Positions 1-10,268 are shown, numbered from the stretch's first letter. The stretch is DNA of 64,000 nt from an uncultured Acidimicrobiia bacterium (GCA_965530755.1 CBESNA010000019.1:2102-66101), one strand, 5' to 3'. Translations and numbers: made by a program. Notes: a model not told the origin generated them from the sequence alone.

Positions 1-1
1 A

Positions 2-115
<114 letters not shown>

Positions 116-117
116 TA

Positions 118-1368
118 ATGACGCCAGAAGCGCTCCCGACGGCCGCCGCGCTCGACTCGGCTGATCCGCTCGCTCGACTTCGCGATGAGTTCGAGCTCCC
201 TGACGGGATCTACCTCGTCGGCAATTCGCTCGGCGCTCTGCCGAGGGCCGTCCGTGAGTACGTGAACATCGAGCTCGATCGCTGGAGCACTCTCGGCGTC
301 GAGGGCCATTTCACCGGCAACTTGGCCTGGAAGGATTACCACGAGCTACTGACCAACCAGCTCGCAGCAATCGTCGGCGCTCAGGCCGACGAAGTGGTCG
401 CGATGAACGCCCTCACCGTGAATCTGCACCTCTTGATGGTCAGCTTCTACCGCCCCACCTCCGAACGCCACAAGATTCTCATCGAGCGTCATGCGTTCCC
501 CTCTGATCATTTCGCTGTCGAGTCGCAGATTCGCCAACGGGGCTTCGAGCCATCCGAGTCGATGGTGTTTGTAGAGCCTCGCGAAGGTGAAGACACGCTG
601 CGATCCGAAGACATCCTGAATGCGATATCCGAACACGGGGACGAGCTCGCGCTGATCTTCTTGCCTGGTGTCCAGTACTACACCGGGCAGGTGCTCCCGA
701 TGGCCGACATCGTCCAGGCCGGCCACGCGGTCGGCGCCATGGTCGGTCTCGACCTCGCCCACGCTGTCGGCAACATCGAGCTCAGCCTGCACGACTGGGA
801 CGTCGACTTCGCGATGTGGTGCTCCTACAAATACCTCAACAGTGGGCCAGGGGGAGTTGGAGGAGCGTTTGTCCATAGGCGTCATGTCGCGGACCCCACG
901 CTCGCGAAGCTGTTGGGCTGGTGGGGCACCAACGCGTCGAGCCGATTCGAGATGACGACCGAGTTCGACGCCATCCCCACGGTCGAGTCGTGGCAGCTGT
1001 CCAACGCGCCGATTCTCTCCATGGCGGCCCTCCGCGCCTCGCTCGACATCATCGACAGGGCGGGCGGAATGACCGCCCTACGCCAGAAGTCGGAACGCCA
1101 GATCGAATTCTTCGACCGGAGGCTTGTGGAGAGCCTCGATGGACGAGTCGAGAACATCACGCCAGGACCCCTGCCAGAGCGAGGTTGTCAATATGCCTTG
1201 CGAGTCATCAGCGACAACGGAAAGCGGGTGTACCAGGAATTGGAACACGCGCGGGTCCTCTGCGACTGGAGGGAACCCGATGTCATTCGCGTCGCACCGG
1301 TCCCGCTGTACAACACCTTCGACGACATCGATCGTTTCGTTCGCATCCTCGACGGGATCGTGCGATGA
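118..1368 (+). CDS. kynU: Kynureninase (PLP-dependent)
   Basis: 416-aa ORF with an ATG start. The length and N-terminal pattern (DPLARLRDEFELP..IYLVGNSLGALP) are typical of kynureninases. It overlaps the next gene by ATGA and is followed by KMO and TDO. Confidence 0.9.
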   Translation: MTPEALPTAAALDSADPLARLRDEFELPDGIYLVGNSLGALPRAVREYVNIELDRWSTLGVEGHFTGNLAWKDYHELLTNQLAAIVGAQADEVVAMNALTVNLHLLMVSFYRPTSERHKILIERHAFPSDHFAVESQIRQRGFEPSESMVFVEPREGEDTLRSEDILNAISEHGDELALIFLPGVQYYTGQVLPMADIVQAGHAVGAMVGLDLAHAVGNIELSLHDWDVDFAMWCSYKYLNSGPGGVGGAFVHRRHVADPTLAKLLGWWGTNASSRFEMTTEFDAIPTVESWQLSNAPILSMAALRASLDIIDRAGGMTALRQKSERQIEFFDRRLVESLDGRVENITPGPLPERGCQYALRVISDNGKRVYQELEHARVLCDWREPDVIRVAPVPLYNTFDDIDRFVRILDGIVR

Positions 1369-2714
1369 AGGGCCCCGTCGTGGTAGCGGGTGCCGGCCCG
1401 GCCGGCGCCTTGCTCGCGATCTATCTCGCTCGACAGGGCCATGACGTCACCGTGTACGAGAGTCGAGCGGACCTTCGGCGGACGGACATCGACGCCGGTC
1501 GGTCCATCAACCTCGCCCTGGCGACACGTGGCATCGTTCCGCTCATCGATGTGGGTGTGATCGAACGAGTCGACGACATCACGATCCCGATGCGCGGACG
1601 ACTCGTCCATACAGGTGACGGTTCAACTCCCGAGCTCCAGCCTTACGGGAGCAAAGCGCACGAGGTCATTCACTCGGTGTCGCGCACCGACCTCAATGCC
1701 ATCCTGCTCGATGCCGCTGACGCCACTGGGCGAGTGACCATTGAGTTCGAGAAGGGACTCGAGTCAGTCGACTTCGAGCGCTCGCTTCTTCACTTTGCCG
1801 ACGGAGCAACTGCGCCGTTCGGAGTGATCTTCGGTGCTGACGGTGCAGGCTCACGGGTTCGCCAAGCCATGGTCGACGAGGGCGCGTGCGCCTACACAAC
1901 AGACTGGCTCGACCACTCTTACAAAGAACTGACACTGCCACCGGCCGACGCCGGCGGCCACCTCCTCGACCCACATGCGCTGCACATCTGGCCGCGGGGC
2001 GAGTTCATGCTCATCGCTCTCGCGAATCCGGCGGGTGACTTCACGGTCACGCTGTTCGCTCCGAACGAGTCATTCGAGGCGCTGGCATCGGCCGGCGCGG
2101 TACGGGACTTCTTCGATGCCGAGTTCCCTGACTTCGCGGCTCTCGTTCCCGATGTGGCCGAGCAGTTCGCCGCCAACCCCACCGGACCGCTCGGCACCAT
2201 TCGAGCAACAGGGTGGAGTTTCGAGGACCGCGCAGTTTTGGTTGGTGACGCGGCCCATGCGATCGTCCCGTTCCACGGGCAGGGCATGAACGCGGCAATG
2301 GAATCGGCGAGGGCTCTCGACCGGCACATGCGGGCGTCGCCAGATGATCTCGCGGCCGCCTTCCGTCAGTACGAAGTGGAGCGCAAGCCAGACAGTGACG
2401 CGATTGCCGACATGGCGCTTGGCAATTATGTGGAGATGCGAGCGGGTGTCGTGGACCCGGACTACCTGGCCAAGCGTGCATTCGCCCTCGACTTGGAGCA
2501 CCGGCATCCAGCCCATCTCAGCCCTCGATACAACATGGTCATGTTCTCGACCATGCCCTATTCCGAGGCGAAGTCCCGAGCGGCCAGACAGGCCGAGATC
2601 ATCGCCGCCGCCATCGCCGATCCGTTACTCGACGTCGACTCGCTCATCACTGCGTTGCCTCCACTTCCCGAGCTCGATCCGCTCGCCGACCCAAGGGCCC
2701 TTTCCATCTCATGA
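1365..2714 (+). CDS. kmo: Kynurenine 3-monooxygenase (FAD-dependent)
   Basis: The internal ATG at 1365 overlaps the kynU stop (ATGA). The N-terminus VVVAGAGPAGALLAIYLARQGHDVTVYE is a GxGxxG FAD-binding fold, and the length is about 449 aa. The part of the track ORF upstream of 1365 overlaps kynU out of frame and is ignored. Confidence 0.85.
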   Translation: MKGPVVVAGAGPAGALLAIYLARQGHDVTVYESRADLRRTDIDAGRSINLALATRGIVPLIDVGVIERVDDITIPMRGRLVHTGDGSTPELQPYGSKAHEVIHSVSRTDLNAILLDAADATGRVTIEFEKGLESVDFERSLLHFADGATAPFGVIFGADGAGSRVRQAMVDEGACAYTTDWLDHSYKELTLPPADAGGHLLDPHALHIWPRGEFMLIALANPAGDFTVTLFAPNESFEALASAGAVRDFFDAEFPDFAALVPDVAEQFAANPTGPLGTIRATGWSFEDRAVLVGDAAHAIVPFHGQGMNAAMESARALDRHMRASPDDLAAAFRQYEVERKPDSDAIADMALGNYVEMRAGVVDPDYLAKRAFALDLEHRHPAHLSPRYNMVMFSTMPYSEAKSRAARQAEIIAAAIADPLLDVDSLITALPPLPELDPLADPRALSIS

Positions 2715-3523
2715 GCCTCCCGTTCGAGAACGACGACGATTTCACCTACGGCAACTACTTGAAGATCCCGGAGCTGTTGTCGCTGCAGCAGTGCGTTTCG
2801 GTCGATCTCGAGACGGGAGCAGCGGAGCATGACGAGACCCTGTTCATCATCATCCACCAGGTGTACGAACTCTGGTTCAAACAGATTCTCCACGAGCTCG
2901 ACTTCGTCGTTCGCCTCCTCAACGAGAACCAGGTCAACGGCGCTCGTCATCATCTCAAACGGGTCCTGAAGATCATGAAGACACTGGTTGGGCAGCTCGA
3001 CGTGCTCGAGACGATGACCCCCGTCGAGTTCGCGAGCTTCCGATCCTTCCTGGCCAACGCAAGCGGATTCCAATCCGCCCAGTTCCGCGAGCTCGAGTTC
3101 CTTCTCGGCATCAAGGACCGCATCCAAATCGAATGGTTCAGCGGCGCCGAGGGTGAGCGACTCGCAGCGCGGTACGAAGCACCGACAATCTGGGATGCCT
3201 TCGTGAACGTCTTGCACGCCGACGGCCATGCCGTCCCTTCCGAGGTGCTCCATCGAGACGTGCGGGAGCCCGTAGTGGGGAACAGCGATCTACAAGCGCT
3301 GATTGTCGAGCAGTACAGCGATGAGGGCTTTGCCGGTCTCTGCGAGACCCTCACCGATCTCGATGAGGGACTACAGGAGTGGCGCTACCGCCACGTGATG
3401 ATGGTCCGTCGAACGATTGGAACGAAACCCGGCACCGGTGGCTCCGACGGAGCCACCTATCTGGCCAGCACGTTGTTCAAACCGGCCTTTCCCGACCTGT
3501 GGGCCATTCGCACGGCGTTCTAG
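2711..3523 (+). CDS. kynA: Tryptophan 2,3-dioxygenase
   Basis: 270-aa ORF whose N-terminus (FTYGNYLKIPELLSLQQ) is typical of bacterial TDO. It overlaps the KMO stop by ATGA. Confidence 0.9.
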   Translation: MSLPFENDDDFTYGNYLKIPELLSLQQCVSVDLETGAAEHDETLFIIIHQVYELWFKQILHELDFVVRLLNENQVNGARHHLKRVLKIMKTLVGQLDVLETMTPVEFASFRSFLANASGFQSAQFRELEFLLGIKDRIQIEWFSGAEGERLAARYEAPTIWDAFVNVLHADGHAVPSEVLHRDVREPVVGNSDLQALIVEQYSDEGFAGLCETLTDLDEGLQEWRYRHVMMVRRTIGTKPGTGGSDGATYLASTLFKPAFPDLWAIRTAF

Positions 3524-3579
3524 GTCAGCGCCCCACCCTCACGCAACCAACTCACGCTCGAAACGGCAAACCAACACCC

Positions 3580-5016
3580 ATGACGACGTACCCAGAACTG
3601 AAGCTCTACATCAACGGATCGTGGCGAACCGGCGCCGCTGACCTCCCGGTGATCAACCCCGCGACCGAAGAAGAGATCGGCGGCCTGCCGGTCGCTGGGA
3701 CACAAGACCTCGACGATGCCCTCGCCGCAGCTCAGGCCGGCTTCGCGGTGTGGAGCAAGACCCCTCCCAAGGCGCGAGCCGACCTGATTCGTGACGCGTC
3801 GGCCCTCATGCGCGAACGCCAAGACGAGATCGCACACTCGATCACACTCGAGCACGGCAAGCCGTTCGCGCAGGCCCAGCTCGAGGTCATTCGTGGCTGC
3901 GAATTCTTCGAATGGGACGCAGGTGAGGCAACCCGGACCTACGGCCGGGTCATTCCGAGTGGACCGGGTGTGAAGCACATCGTGCACCATCAGGCCATCG
4001 GGCCAGTGGCCGCCTTTTCGCCGTGGAACTTCCCGATGAGCCAACCCTCCAGGAAGATCGCGGGAGCACTCGCCGCCGGGTGTTCGATCATCCTCAAGGC
4101 CGCAGAGGAGACCCCGGCGGGCGCCATGCACATCGCGCGTGCCTTCCACGACGCTGGTCTCCCGCCAGGTGTCCTGAACCTGGTGTTTGGTGTCCCCGAA
4201 GTCATTTCCCAGCACCTCATTCCGAGCGACACCATCAAACTCGTTGCCTTCACCGGGTCCACGGCCGTCGGACGGCACCTCACCGGTCTTGCGTCGAACC
4301 ACATGACCCCCGTGTTGATGGAACTCGGCGGTCATGCGCCGGTGATCGTGTGCGAGGACACCGACGTCGCGGCGGCCGCAACCACGTCAGCGATACGCAA
4401 GATGCGCAATGCTGGTCAAGTCTGCACATCACCGACCCGGTTCTTCGTGCACGACAGCATCTTCGAACACTTCCTCGACGCGTTCACCACACGAGCAGCG
4501 GCAACGATGGTCGGCAACGGACTGGACCCCGGAGTCGAGATGGGTCCTCTCGCCAACGAACGCCGCATCTCAGCATTGACGGCGATGGTCACTGACGCCC
4601 GCGACGTCGGCGCCGAGGTCGCAACGGGTGGGAATCGGTGGGGCACGTCCGGCTACTTCTTCGAGCCGACCGTCTTGGCCAATGTCCCGCCCAACGCTCG
4701 CGTGATGCAGGAGGAACCGTTCGGGCCTCTCGCCATCGTGAATTCCGTCGACTCACTCGACACCGCGATCCAGCAAGCCAACTCAGTTCCGTATGGGCTC
4801 GCCGCGTATGCCTTCACGAACCGGGCTGACTATGTCGACCGCATGGTCGATCAAGTCGAAGCCGGGAACCTCTCGATCAACACGCTCGAAGCATCGCTGC
4901 CAGAGACGCCCTTCGGTGGCGTGAAGTCGAGCGGATATGGACGCGAAGGCGGCGCCGAAGGCCTCCATCACTACATGGTCGTCAAGAACGTGTCGCACAG
5001 CATCTCCATCAACTGA
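3580..5016 (+). CDS. NAD(P)-dependent aldehyde dehydrogenase (semialdehyde dehydrogenase type)
   Basis: From the ATG at 3580 the protein reads MTTYPELKLYINGSWR. ALDH hallmarks are present: FSPWNFP, ELGGHAP, and the catalytic Cys region GQVCTSPTR. Substrate specificity cannot be read from the sequence. Confidence 0.85.
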   Translation: MTTYPELKLYINGSWRTGAADLPVINPATEEEIGGLPVAGTQDLDDALAAAQAGFAVWSKTPPKARADLIRDASALMRERQDEIAHSITLEHGKPFAQAQLEVIRGCEFFEWDAGEATRTYGRVIPSGPGVKHIVHHQAIGPVAAFSPWNFPMSQPSRKIAGALAAGCSIILKAAEETPAGAMHIARAFHDAGLPPGVLNLVFGVPEVISQHLIPSDTIKLVAFTGSTAVGRHLTGLASNHMTPVLMELGGHAPVIVCEDTDVAAAATTSAIRKMRNAGQVCTSPTRFFVHDSIFEHFLDAFTTRAAATMVGNGLDPGVEMGPLANERRISALTAMVTDARDVGAEVATGGNRWGTSGYFFEPTVLANVPPNARVMQEEPFGPLAIVNSVDSLDTAIQQANSVPYGLAAYAFTNRADYVDRMVDQVEAGNLSINTLEASLPETPFGGVKSSGYGREGGAEGLHHYMVVKNVSHSISIN

Positions 5017-5055
5017 CAGCTCCTGCCGTCGCAGAACCGAGGTCGATCAACCATC

Positions 5056-6018
5056 ATGAGTTACCGCAGAAGTGACGCCAAGGACTACGCCCGCGCCAAC
5101 CTCTCGGGCATCTGGGCCGCCGCGCTCATGCCGTTCACCGAGGACCTGCGTCTCGATGAGGATGGCTTTCGAGAGAACGTTCGTCACTGGACTCAGGAGT
5201 TGGGGATCGAGGGTCTCTTCGTCTCGGGAAAGCAGGGTGAGTTCTTCGCCATGAGCCTCGAGGAGCGAAAGCGGTCCTTCGAGCTGGCGGTCGAGGCAAC
5301 CGGGGAGCACGGTCAGACGATCATGTCGTGCTCCGATCAGAACATGGATGTCGTGATCGACCTCGCACGTCACGCCGAGGAGGTGGGCGCCGACTACATC
5401 GTCGTGCACGCCCCGGCACTCCACTTCTTCAGGGAACAGGATGAGACTCTGCTGGGCTACTACCGGGCCGTTGCGGAAAGCGTGAACATCGGCGTTGCGC
5501 TCTGGAGCCACCCCGACAGCGGCTACCTCATGTCGCCACAACTCTGCAATCGGTTGGCGGACATCGAGAACGTCGTCGCGATCAAATACAGCGTCCCTCG
5601 CCCGATGTACACCGAGCTCACTGAGCTCGCCTCGGATCGAATTCAAGTCAGCACCGCGTCCGAGACCGAGTGGCTCGACAACATTCTCGAGCTCAACTGG
5701 AAGCTCTACCTGTGTTCCTCGCCGCCATTTCTTCTCCAGACGGCAAACGATCGACGCATGCACGACTACACCCATGCAGCGTTCGCTGGCCGCGCCGACG
5801 AGGCCCGTGAGATCAGTCGGAGCCTCGACCCCGTGCGAGAGGCACTGATGGAAACCCGGCCCGCAGAGAAGCCGCACGCGCACCAGAAGTACTGGCAGGA
5901 ACTCCTCGGTCAGGTGGGAGGGCGGGTTCGACGACCGTTGCTGGAGCTGACCGATGAGGAGAAGGCCGTGACCAGAGAAGCGTTCGATGGGTGCGGCCTC
6001 GGGTCGGACCGGAACTGA
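5056..6018 (+). CDS. Dihydrodipicolinate synthase/N-acetylneuraminate lyase family (class I aldolase/dehydratase) protein
   Basis: 320-aa ORF with a DapA-family layout (..ALMPFTEDLRLDEDGFRENV..GLFVSGKQGEFFAMSLEER..). It sits next to an ALDH, a pairing seen for keto-deoxy-acid dehydratase plus semialdehyde dehydrogenase. Confidence 0.7.
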   Translation: MSYRRSDAKDYARANLSGIWAAALMPFTEDLRLDEDGFRENVRHWTQELGIEGLFVSGKQGEFFAMSLEERKRSFELAVEATGEHGQTIMSCSDQNMDVVIDLARHAEEVGADYIVVHAPALHFFREQDETLLGYYRAVAESVNIGVALWSHPDSGYLMSPQLCNRLADIENVVAIKYSVPRPMYTELTELASDRIQVSTASETEWLDNILELNWKLYLCSSPPFLLQTANDRRMHDYTHAAFAGRADEAREISRSLDPVREALMETRPAEKPHAHQKYWQELLGQVGGRVRRPLLELTDEEKAVTREAFDGCGLGSDRN

Positions 6019-6019
6019 C

Positions 6020-6826
6020 GTGGCGATCAAACCAACTCTTCGAGTGGCGTTCGTCGGCTGGGGAGCGATCGCCCGAACTGCCGCAGAGATGCTCACTCGT
6101 CGTTCGGTGGAGATCGTGGCTGTCGCGACCCGAGACGCTTCGTTGTCGAGGGACGTGATCCCTTCGACGGCCAGGGTGATCACCGACCCGGACGAGTTGC
6201 AGAGCATCGAAGCCCACGTGGTTGCGGAGGCAGCGAGCCGAGAGGCTGTTGGACCATGGGGTCACGCAGCTCTTGCGGCGGGATCCGACTTCATCGTCTC
6301 GTCTGTATCCGCCTTGGCTGATCCCCGGCTCTTGGAGTCGCTCCAAGAGGCAGCGATCAGCGGTGGTTCGCAGCTCTGCATCCAGCCCGGCGCGCTCGCA
6401 GGAGTCGAGGCTCTCGCCGCCGCCCGCATCATGGGGATCGACTCGGTGGAGCATCGGATCGTGAAGCCGCCGCTTGCCTGGCTCGGTACAGCGGCCGAGA
6501 CGCTCTGCGATCTGGGTTCGCTCACTGAGCCAAAGGTGTTCTTCACCGGCTCGGCGGCAGAAACGGCCTCGCAGTTTCCCAAGAACGCCAACGTCGCGAT
6601 GACGACGGCCCTCGCCGGCATCGGTCCGGAGGCGACAAGGGTCCTGCTCGTTGCCGATCCGGAGGCGCAGACGAATCGACACGAACTGAGGGCTCACGGC
6701 GACTTCGGGGAACTCCAGGTCGCCATCGCCAACTTCGCGTTGCCGGACAATCCGAAGACCTCAGCAATGGCTGCGTTGAGTCTCGTCCGGGCGATCGAAA
6801 ACCGTGTCAAACCCATGGTGATTTGA
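6020..6826 (+). CDS. Aspartate dehydrogenase domain protein (NadX-like)
   Basis: A GTG at 6020 lies just after the upstream stop. The N-terminus LRVAFVGWGAIART is a Rossmann motif. Size and C-terminal pattern resemble L-aspartate dehydrogenases. The alternative start at 5987 would overlap the upstream gene. Confidence 0.6.
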   Translation: MAIKPTLRVAFVGWGAIARTAAEMLTRRSVEIVAVATRDASLSRDVIPSTARVITDPDELQSIEAHVVAEAASREAVGPWGHAALAAGSDFIVSSVSALADPRLLESLQEAAISGGSQLCIQPGALAGVEALAAARIMGIDSVEHRIVKPPLAWLGTAAETLCDLGSLTEPKVFFTGSAAETASQFPKNANVAMTTALAGIGPEATRVLLVADPEAQTNRHELRAHGDFGELQVAIANFALPDNPKTSAMAALSLVRAIENRVKPMVI

Positions 6827-6847
6827 AACAGGGCATCTGTCGAGCGG

Positions 6848-7609
6848 TCAGGCCGTTTCTGCCCCGGGGAGGTCGAGTGCCTGGCTGAGTTTGCGGGCGG
6901 TCTGCTTCCAGGATCTGCTCGACGGGTCAATGACGTCGAAGTGATCCTCGCCATCGATGACGATTACCTCGACCGAACTGGCGAAATTGGTCGTGTGATG
7001 GACGGGCACGTCGAGATCGGCGTCGCCCGAGACGAGCAATGTGGGTGTCGAGGCGATGATTGGCTGGGCCACCTGGAAAGCCTGAGGCTGGTCTTCTGGC
7101 GACCCGTTGAGAAACCGCTGAACAGCCTGCGAGCCGAGATTCTCGGCTGCGGCAAGCTGCAGATTGGTGACAGCTGCCTGCCCCACGATGAAGATTGGCG
7201 TGACTAGCGGGTCAGCGCCTGGCATGCCGTGCTCGAGATGCCGCCGGCTTCCGGCCCAAAGGGCGAGGTGGCCGCCCGCCGAGTGACCGACGGCGGCGAT
7301 TCGAGCGAGATCGAGGCCGAAGGTCGTGGCTGCCGTGGCGAGCCAGTCGATTCCTGCCGCCACGTCGAGCAGCGTCCCGGGATAGCCACCGCCAACGTTT
7401 CCAACTCGTCGGTACTCGAGGTTCAAGACGGCGTAGCCCCGCTCCAACAGATCGAGGGCGAGGGGAACCATGAGGTCCAGTTCGTACGCCGACTTCCAGA
7501 ATCCGCCGTGAATGAGAACGACAACAGGATGGTCGCCGTCGCTGGTCGGGAGATACAGATGGCCGAATTGCTCGCGGAATTCTCCGTACCGCATGTCATG
7601 GATGTCCAC
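6848..7609 (-). CDS. Alpha/beta hydrolase, probable arylformamidase (kynurenine formamidase type)
   Basis: Carries the HGGFW oxyanion motif and the GHSAGGHL nucleophile elbow seen in AFMID/Bna7-type formamidases. It is convergent with the kynurenine cluster. The start is GTG at 7609, or ATG at 7594. Confidence 0.6.
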   Translation of the reverse strand: MDIHDMRYGEFREQFGHLYLPTSDGDHPVVVLIHGGFWKSAYELDLMVPLALDLLERGYAVLNLEYRRVGNVGGGYPGTLLDVAAGIDWLATAATTFGLDLARIAAVGHSAGGHLALWAGSRRHLEHGMPGADPLVTPIFIVGQAAVTNLQLAAAENLGSQAVQRFLNGSPEDQPQAFQVAQPIIASTPTLLVSGDADLDVPVHHTTNFASSVEVIVIDGEDHFDVIDPSSRSWKQTARKLSQALDLPGAETA

Positions 7610-7835
7610 GTTGTGCTCCGTCTTGAACGGCGACCCTTCTTTCTAGTCGGTCTCGCTGGGCGCAGGTGCGCCAGTTCCTCCACTGTGAGTGCCTGCCTCG
7701 AGTAGCTCTCCAACTTTCCTTGCACTTTTGTGAATCGGCGCTCACCATGGGGACACATCGCTGTGCGCGGCCGAGGGGTGTCCGGCCGATAGCTCCGAGC
7801 TACCACGTGCGCCAGCGCACAGGAGAGGGGCCATC

Positions 7836-8870
7836 ATGTCCGTTTCGATGACTGCAGTGATCCGCAGTTCGGTGGTTGCAGCGCTCGCGGCTGCTTCGCT
7901 GGCCGCAGGCGGAGCTGCGCCTGCGTCGGCTGGAGGTGATACGGGGATCGTGGTCGGGGTGGCGAAGGCGCCGATCACCCCTGATGGCGATGTTGCTGGG
8001 GCGGCAACGGATTTCGTGATCACGCTCGATGCGTCGCTGAATCCGTCGGTTCAGGGGCGGACTCTGCTGGCAGGCATGACCGTCAAGGTCACATTGCCTG
8101 ACGACTTCGTGAATCTTGGCGGTCCGGTCCTGAACCCGGGCCCGCCGCCTGCGTCGTGCCCACCGCCGGCGGGAACCTGCAGCACCGGCGTCTTGCTGCA
8201 AGGGTGGCCGCAACATCCGATTCCGCCGTCGCCGTTGAACTACACGGTCGGAGTGCAGGGCACAAACACGATCGTGTTCACCGCCACGCAGGACCTCGTT
8301 CCGGCGCCGCCCGCTGAGCCGGGCTTGAAGCAGGTGCATCTCATCTTGCGGAGCTTCGTCAACCCTGGGCCGGGCCGCTACGAGTTCTTGGTGGAGGCTC
8401 AGACCGGACCGGGTGGTGCCGTCGAGACCGGTGTCGCCGTCGTGCACATCCGTCCGAAGCCAAGGGCCAGCATCAACGTGACCAGCGTGTTCAACGCCGG
8501 CACGCCGAACACCATTTATCAACAGGCATCGCCGGGCGCAACGGTTCCGCTCGACTACGACTTCTTCTTGTGGGACAAGAAGGGTGATCCGGCCGTTGGC
8601 GTCGAGATCCGCTCGCTGAACGACGACCATGCCGTGCTGGTGCAGGGGCACAGGGTTGTCGGTCAGATCACCATCGACTCTCCACCAGGCGCATCTGGTC
8701 AGCAGGTCAGCTCGCTGGGACCGTCAACACCGGTCGTCGGGCCGGTGCTCAACCTGGACACCGCCCGCCTGACCGCCCAGTTCACCGCAGGTGATGCGCC
8801 GGGTCTCTACACAACCACCTTCAAGATGAACAACGGGACGAGCGCCCAGATGTTCGTTCACGTCTCTTGA
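7836..8870 (+). CDS. Secreted hypothetical protein
   Basis: ATG is preceded by AGGAGAGGGG. A signal peptide is visible (AALAAASLAAGGAAPASAGG). I recognise no domain. Confidence 0.6.
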   Translation: MSVSMTAVIRSSVVAALAAASLAAGGAAPASAGGDTGIVVGVAKAPITPDGDVAGAATDFVITLDASLNPSVQGRTLLAGMTVKVTLPDDFVNLGGPVLNPGPPPASCPPPAGTCSTGVLLQGWPQHPIPPSPLNYTVGVQGTNTIVFTATQDLVPAPPAEPGLKQVHLILRSFVNPGPGRYEFLVEAQTGPGGAVETGVAVVHIRPKPRASINVTSVFNAGTPNTIYQQASPGATVPLDYDFFLWDKKGDPAVGVEIRSLNDDHAVLVQGHRVVGQITIDSPPGASGQQVSSLGPSTPVVGPVLNLDTARLTAQFTAGDAPGLYTTTFKMNNGTSAQMFVHVS

Positions 8871-8911
8871 CCCTGTCGCTCAGCGACACGCCCTGCGGCT
8901 GATGCACACTC

Positions 8912-8940
8912 GCACCGGGTGGCGACTGCCACTCCGGTGC
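8912..8940 (+). terminator. Possible intrinsic terminator hairpin
   Basis: GCACCGGGTGGC-gact-GCCAC(t)CCGGTGC forms a roughly 12-bp stem with one bulge, 42 nt after the stop at 8870. There is no U-tract. Confidence 0.3.
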
Positions 8941-8980
8941 ACCACGAACTCTGGTTCCGCCGATCGGGCAGAATGCTGGT

Positions 8981-9316
8981 GTGCCGTTCGACGCTGACCT
9001 CGCAGAGCGCATTCGACGATCCCTCGACGTGCGCGAGGTTCGGGAGGTCGCCATGTTCGGCGGCCGCTCCTTCATGGTCCACGAGCAGCTCACGGTGGCG
9101 GCGGCGTCCGACGGCTCGTTGCTGCTTCGCTGCGCACCCGGACAGCTCGATCGGCTTCTTGAACGAGAAGGCGCGCAGCCGGCTGAGATGCGTGGCAAAC
9201 CGATGAGTCCGGGCTGGATTCGCGTTGACGTCGAGACCGTGCGAGATGACGCTGTTCTTCGGCAATGGATCGACGATGCCGTGGCTTACGCGCGGCAACG
9301 AGCAACTGGTCGCTGA
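8981..9316 (+). CDS. TfoX/Sxy N-terminal domain family protein
   Basis: 111-aa ORF with a GTG start. The pattern ..RRSLD....EVAMFGGRSFMV...LTVAAASDGSLLLRC resembles the TfoX_N family. Confidence 0.6.
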   Translation: MPFDADLAERIRRSLDVREVREVAMFGGRSFMVHEQLTVAAASDGSLLLRCAPGQLDRLLEREGAQPAEMRGKPMSPGWIRVDVETVRDDAVLRQWIDDAVAYARQRATGR

Positions 9317-9419
9317 ACTCGCGGCGCCAAGCTTTCACGATGGCGGCTCGAGCCGAGTGGCTCCGGTGATTTCTTTGGCGAGTGTGCGGCGATGGCGACG
9401 AGCGCGCTTCGAGTACTGG

Positions 9420-10268
9420 TCATTCGGCGGTGCCTTGACGGTGATTGTTGACGAGCCAGAAGGGCAGGGCGACCAGGAAGAAGGCGCCGAGGATGTTGCC
9501 GATGGCGGCGGGGGCGATGCCCCAGGCGAGCGCGTCCGCCCATCCCGGGCCGGTGCCAAGGGGTTGGATCAGCGAGAAGTAGGCCATGTTGGCGGGGCTG
9601 TGCAGGAACCCGCCGGCAACGAAGGCCATCACGGTCACCAGTACCGGGATGTACTTACCGATGATCGTGCGTCCCATGGTGGCCAGGAACGCTGCCATGC
9701 CGACAAGCCAGTTGCCGAGCATGCCGGACACCACAGCCCGGAAGAATCCGTCGAGACCGCCGATGCCTTGGTAGCGCATCTTCGAGGCCGCGATCTCTCC
9801 GAGCAGGTCTTCGTAGCCAGTGCTGTAGCTCTGCGTGTAGTTGACGATCTGGCCTATGAGGAAGGCGCCGAGGAGGTTCCCGGCGGCGGCGAGGATCCAC
9901 AGTCGAAGGATCGATGAGCGGATCGTTGCCGGGTCGCGGCTGAGCAGGGTGGCGGGGAGCTCCACGTTGACTTCGGTGAACAGCAGTGCGCCGCTGAGCA
10001 CGACGAGGAAGAAGCCGACCGAGAAGCCGAAACCTTCGAGCAAGCGTTGGACTCCCTCGTTCTCCGTGCCTGTCGCGATGAGCGTGCTGAACAATGCGCC
10101 AATCGTGATGAACCCGCCGGCGAGGCTGCTGAGGATGAGCACCTGCCAGCCCGACAGCGACATGGAGCGTCTGGCGCCGGCCTCGGCCATCTCCACGAGC
10201 ACTAACTCTGGTGCGAGGTGCTGGGCGGGCGGGAGGTTGTACGCTTCGGGATCGTCGGCGCTTGTCAT
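9420..10268 (-). CDS. Formate/nitrite transporter (FNT) family channel
   Basis: 282-aa multi-TM protein with FNT-like segments (FLVVLSGALLFTE, SGMLGNWLVGMAAFLA). Confidence 0.85.
   Translation of the reverse strand: MTSADDPEAYNLPPAQHLAPELVLVEMAEAGARRSMSLSGWQVLILSSLAGGFITIGALFSTLIATGTENEGVQRLLEGFGFSVGFFLVVLSGALLFTEVNVELPATLLSRDPATIRSSILRLWILAAAGNLLGAFLIGQIVNYTQSYSTGYEDLLGEIAASKMRYQGIGGLDGFFRAVVSGMLGNWLVGMAAFLATMGRTIIGKYIPVLVTVMAFVAGGFLHSPANMAYFSLIQPLGTGPGWADALAWGIAPAAIGNILGAFFLVALPFWLVNNHRQGTAE

Noticed and set aside
921-1364. The N-terminal 148 codons of the 597-aa track ORF that contains KMO
   Set aside because: This part overlaps the well-supported kynU gene in another frame and is Arg/His-rich nonsense. 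A clean ATG with a Rossmann motif lies at 1365 and overlaps the kynU stop.
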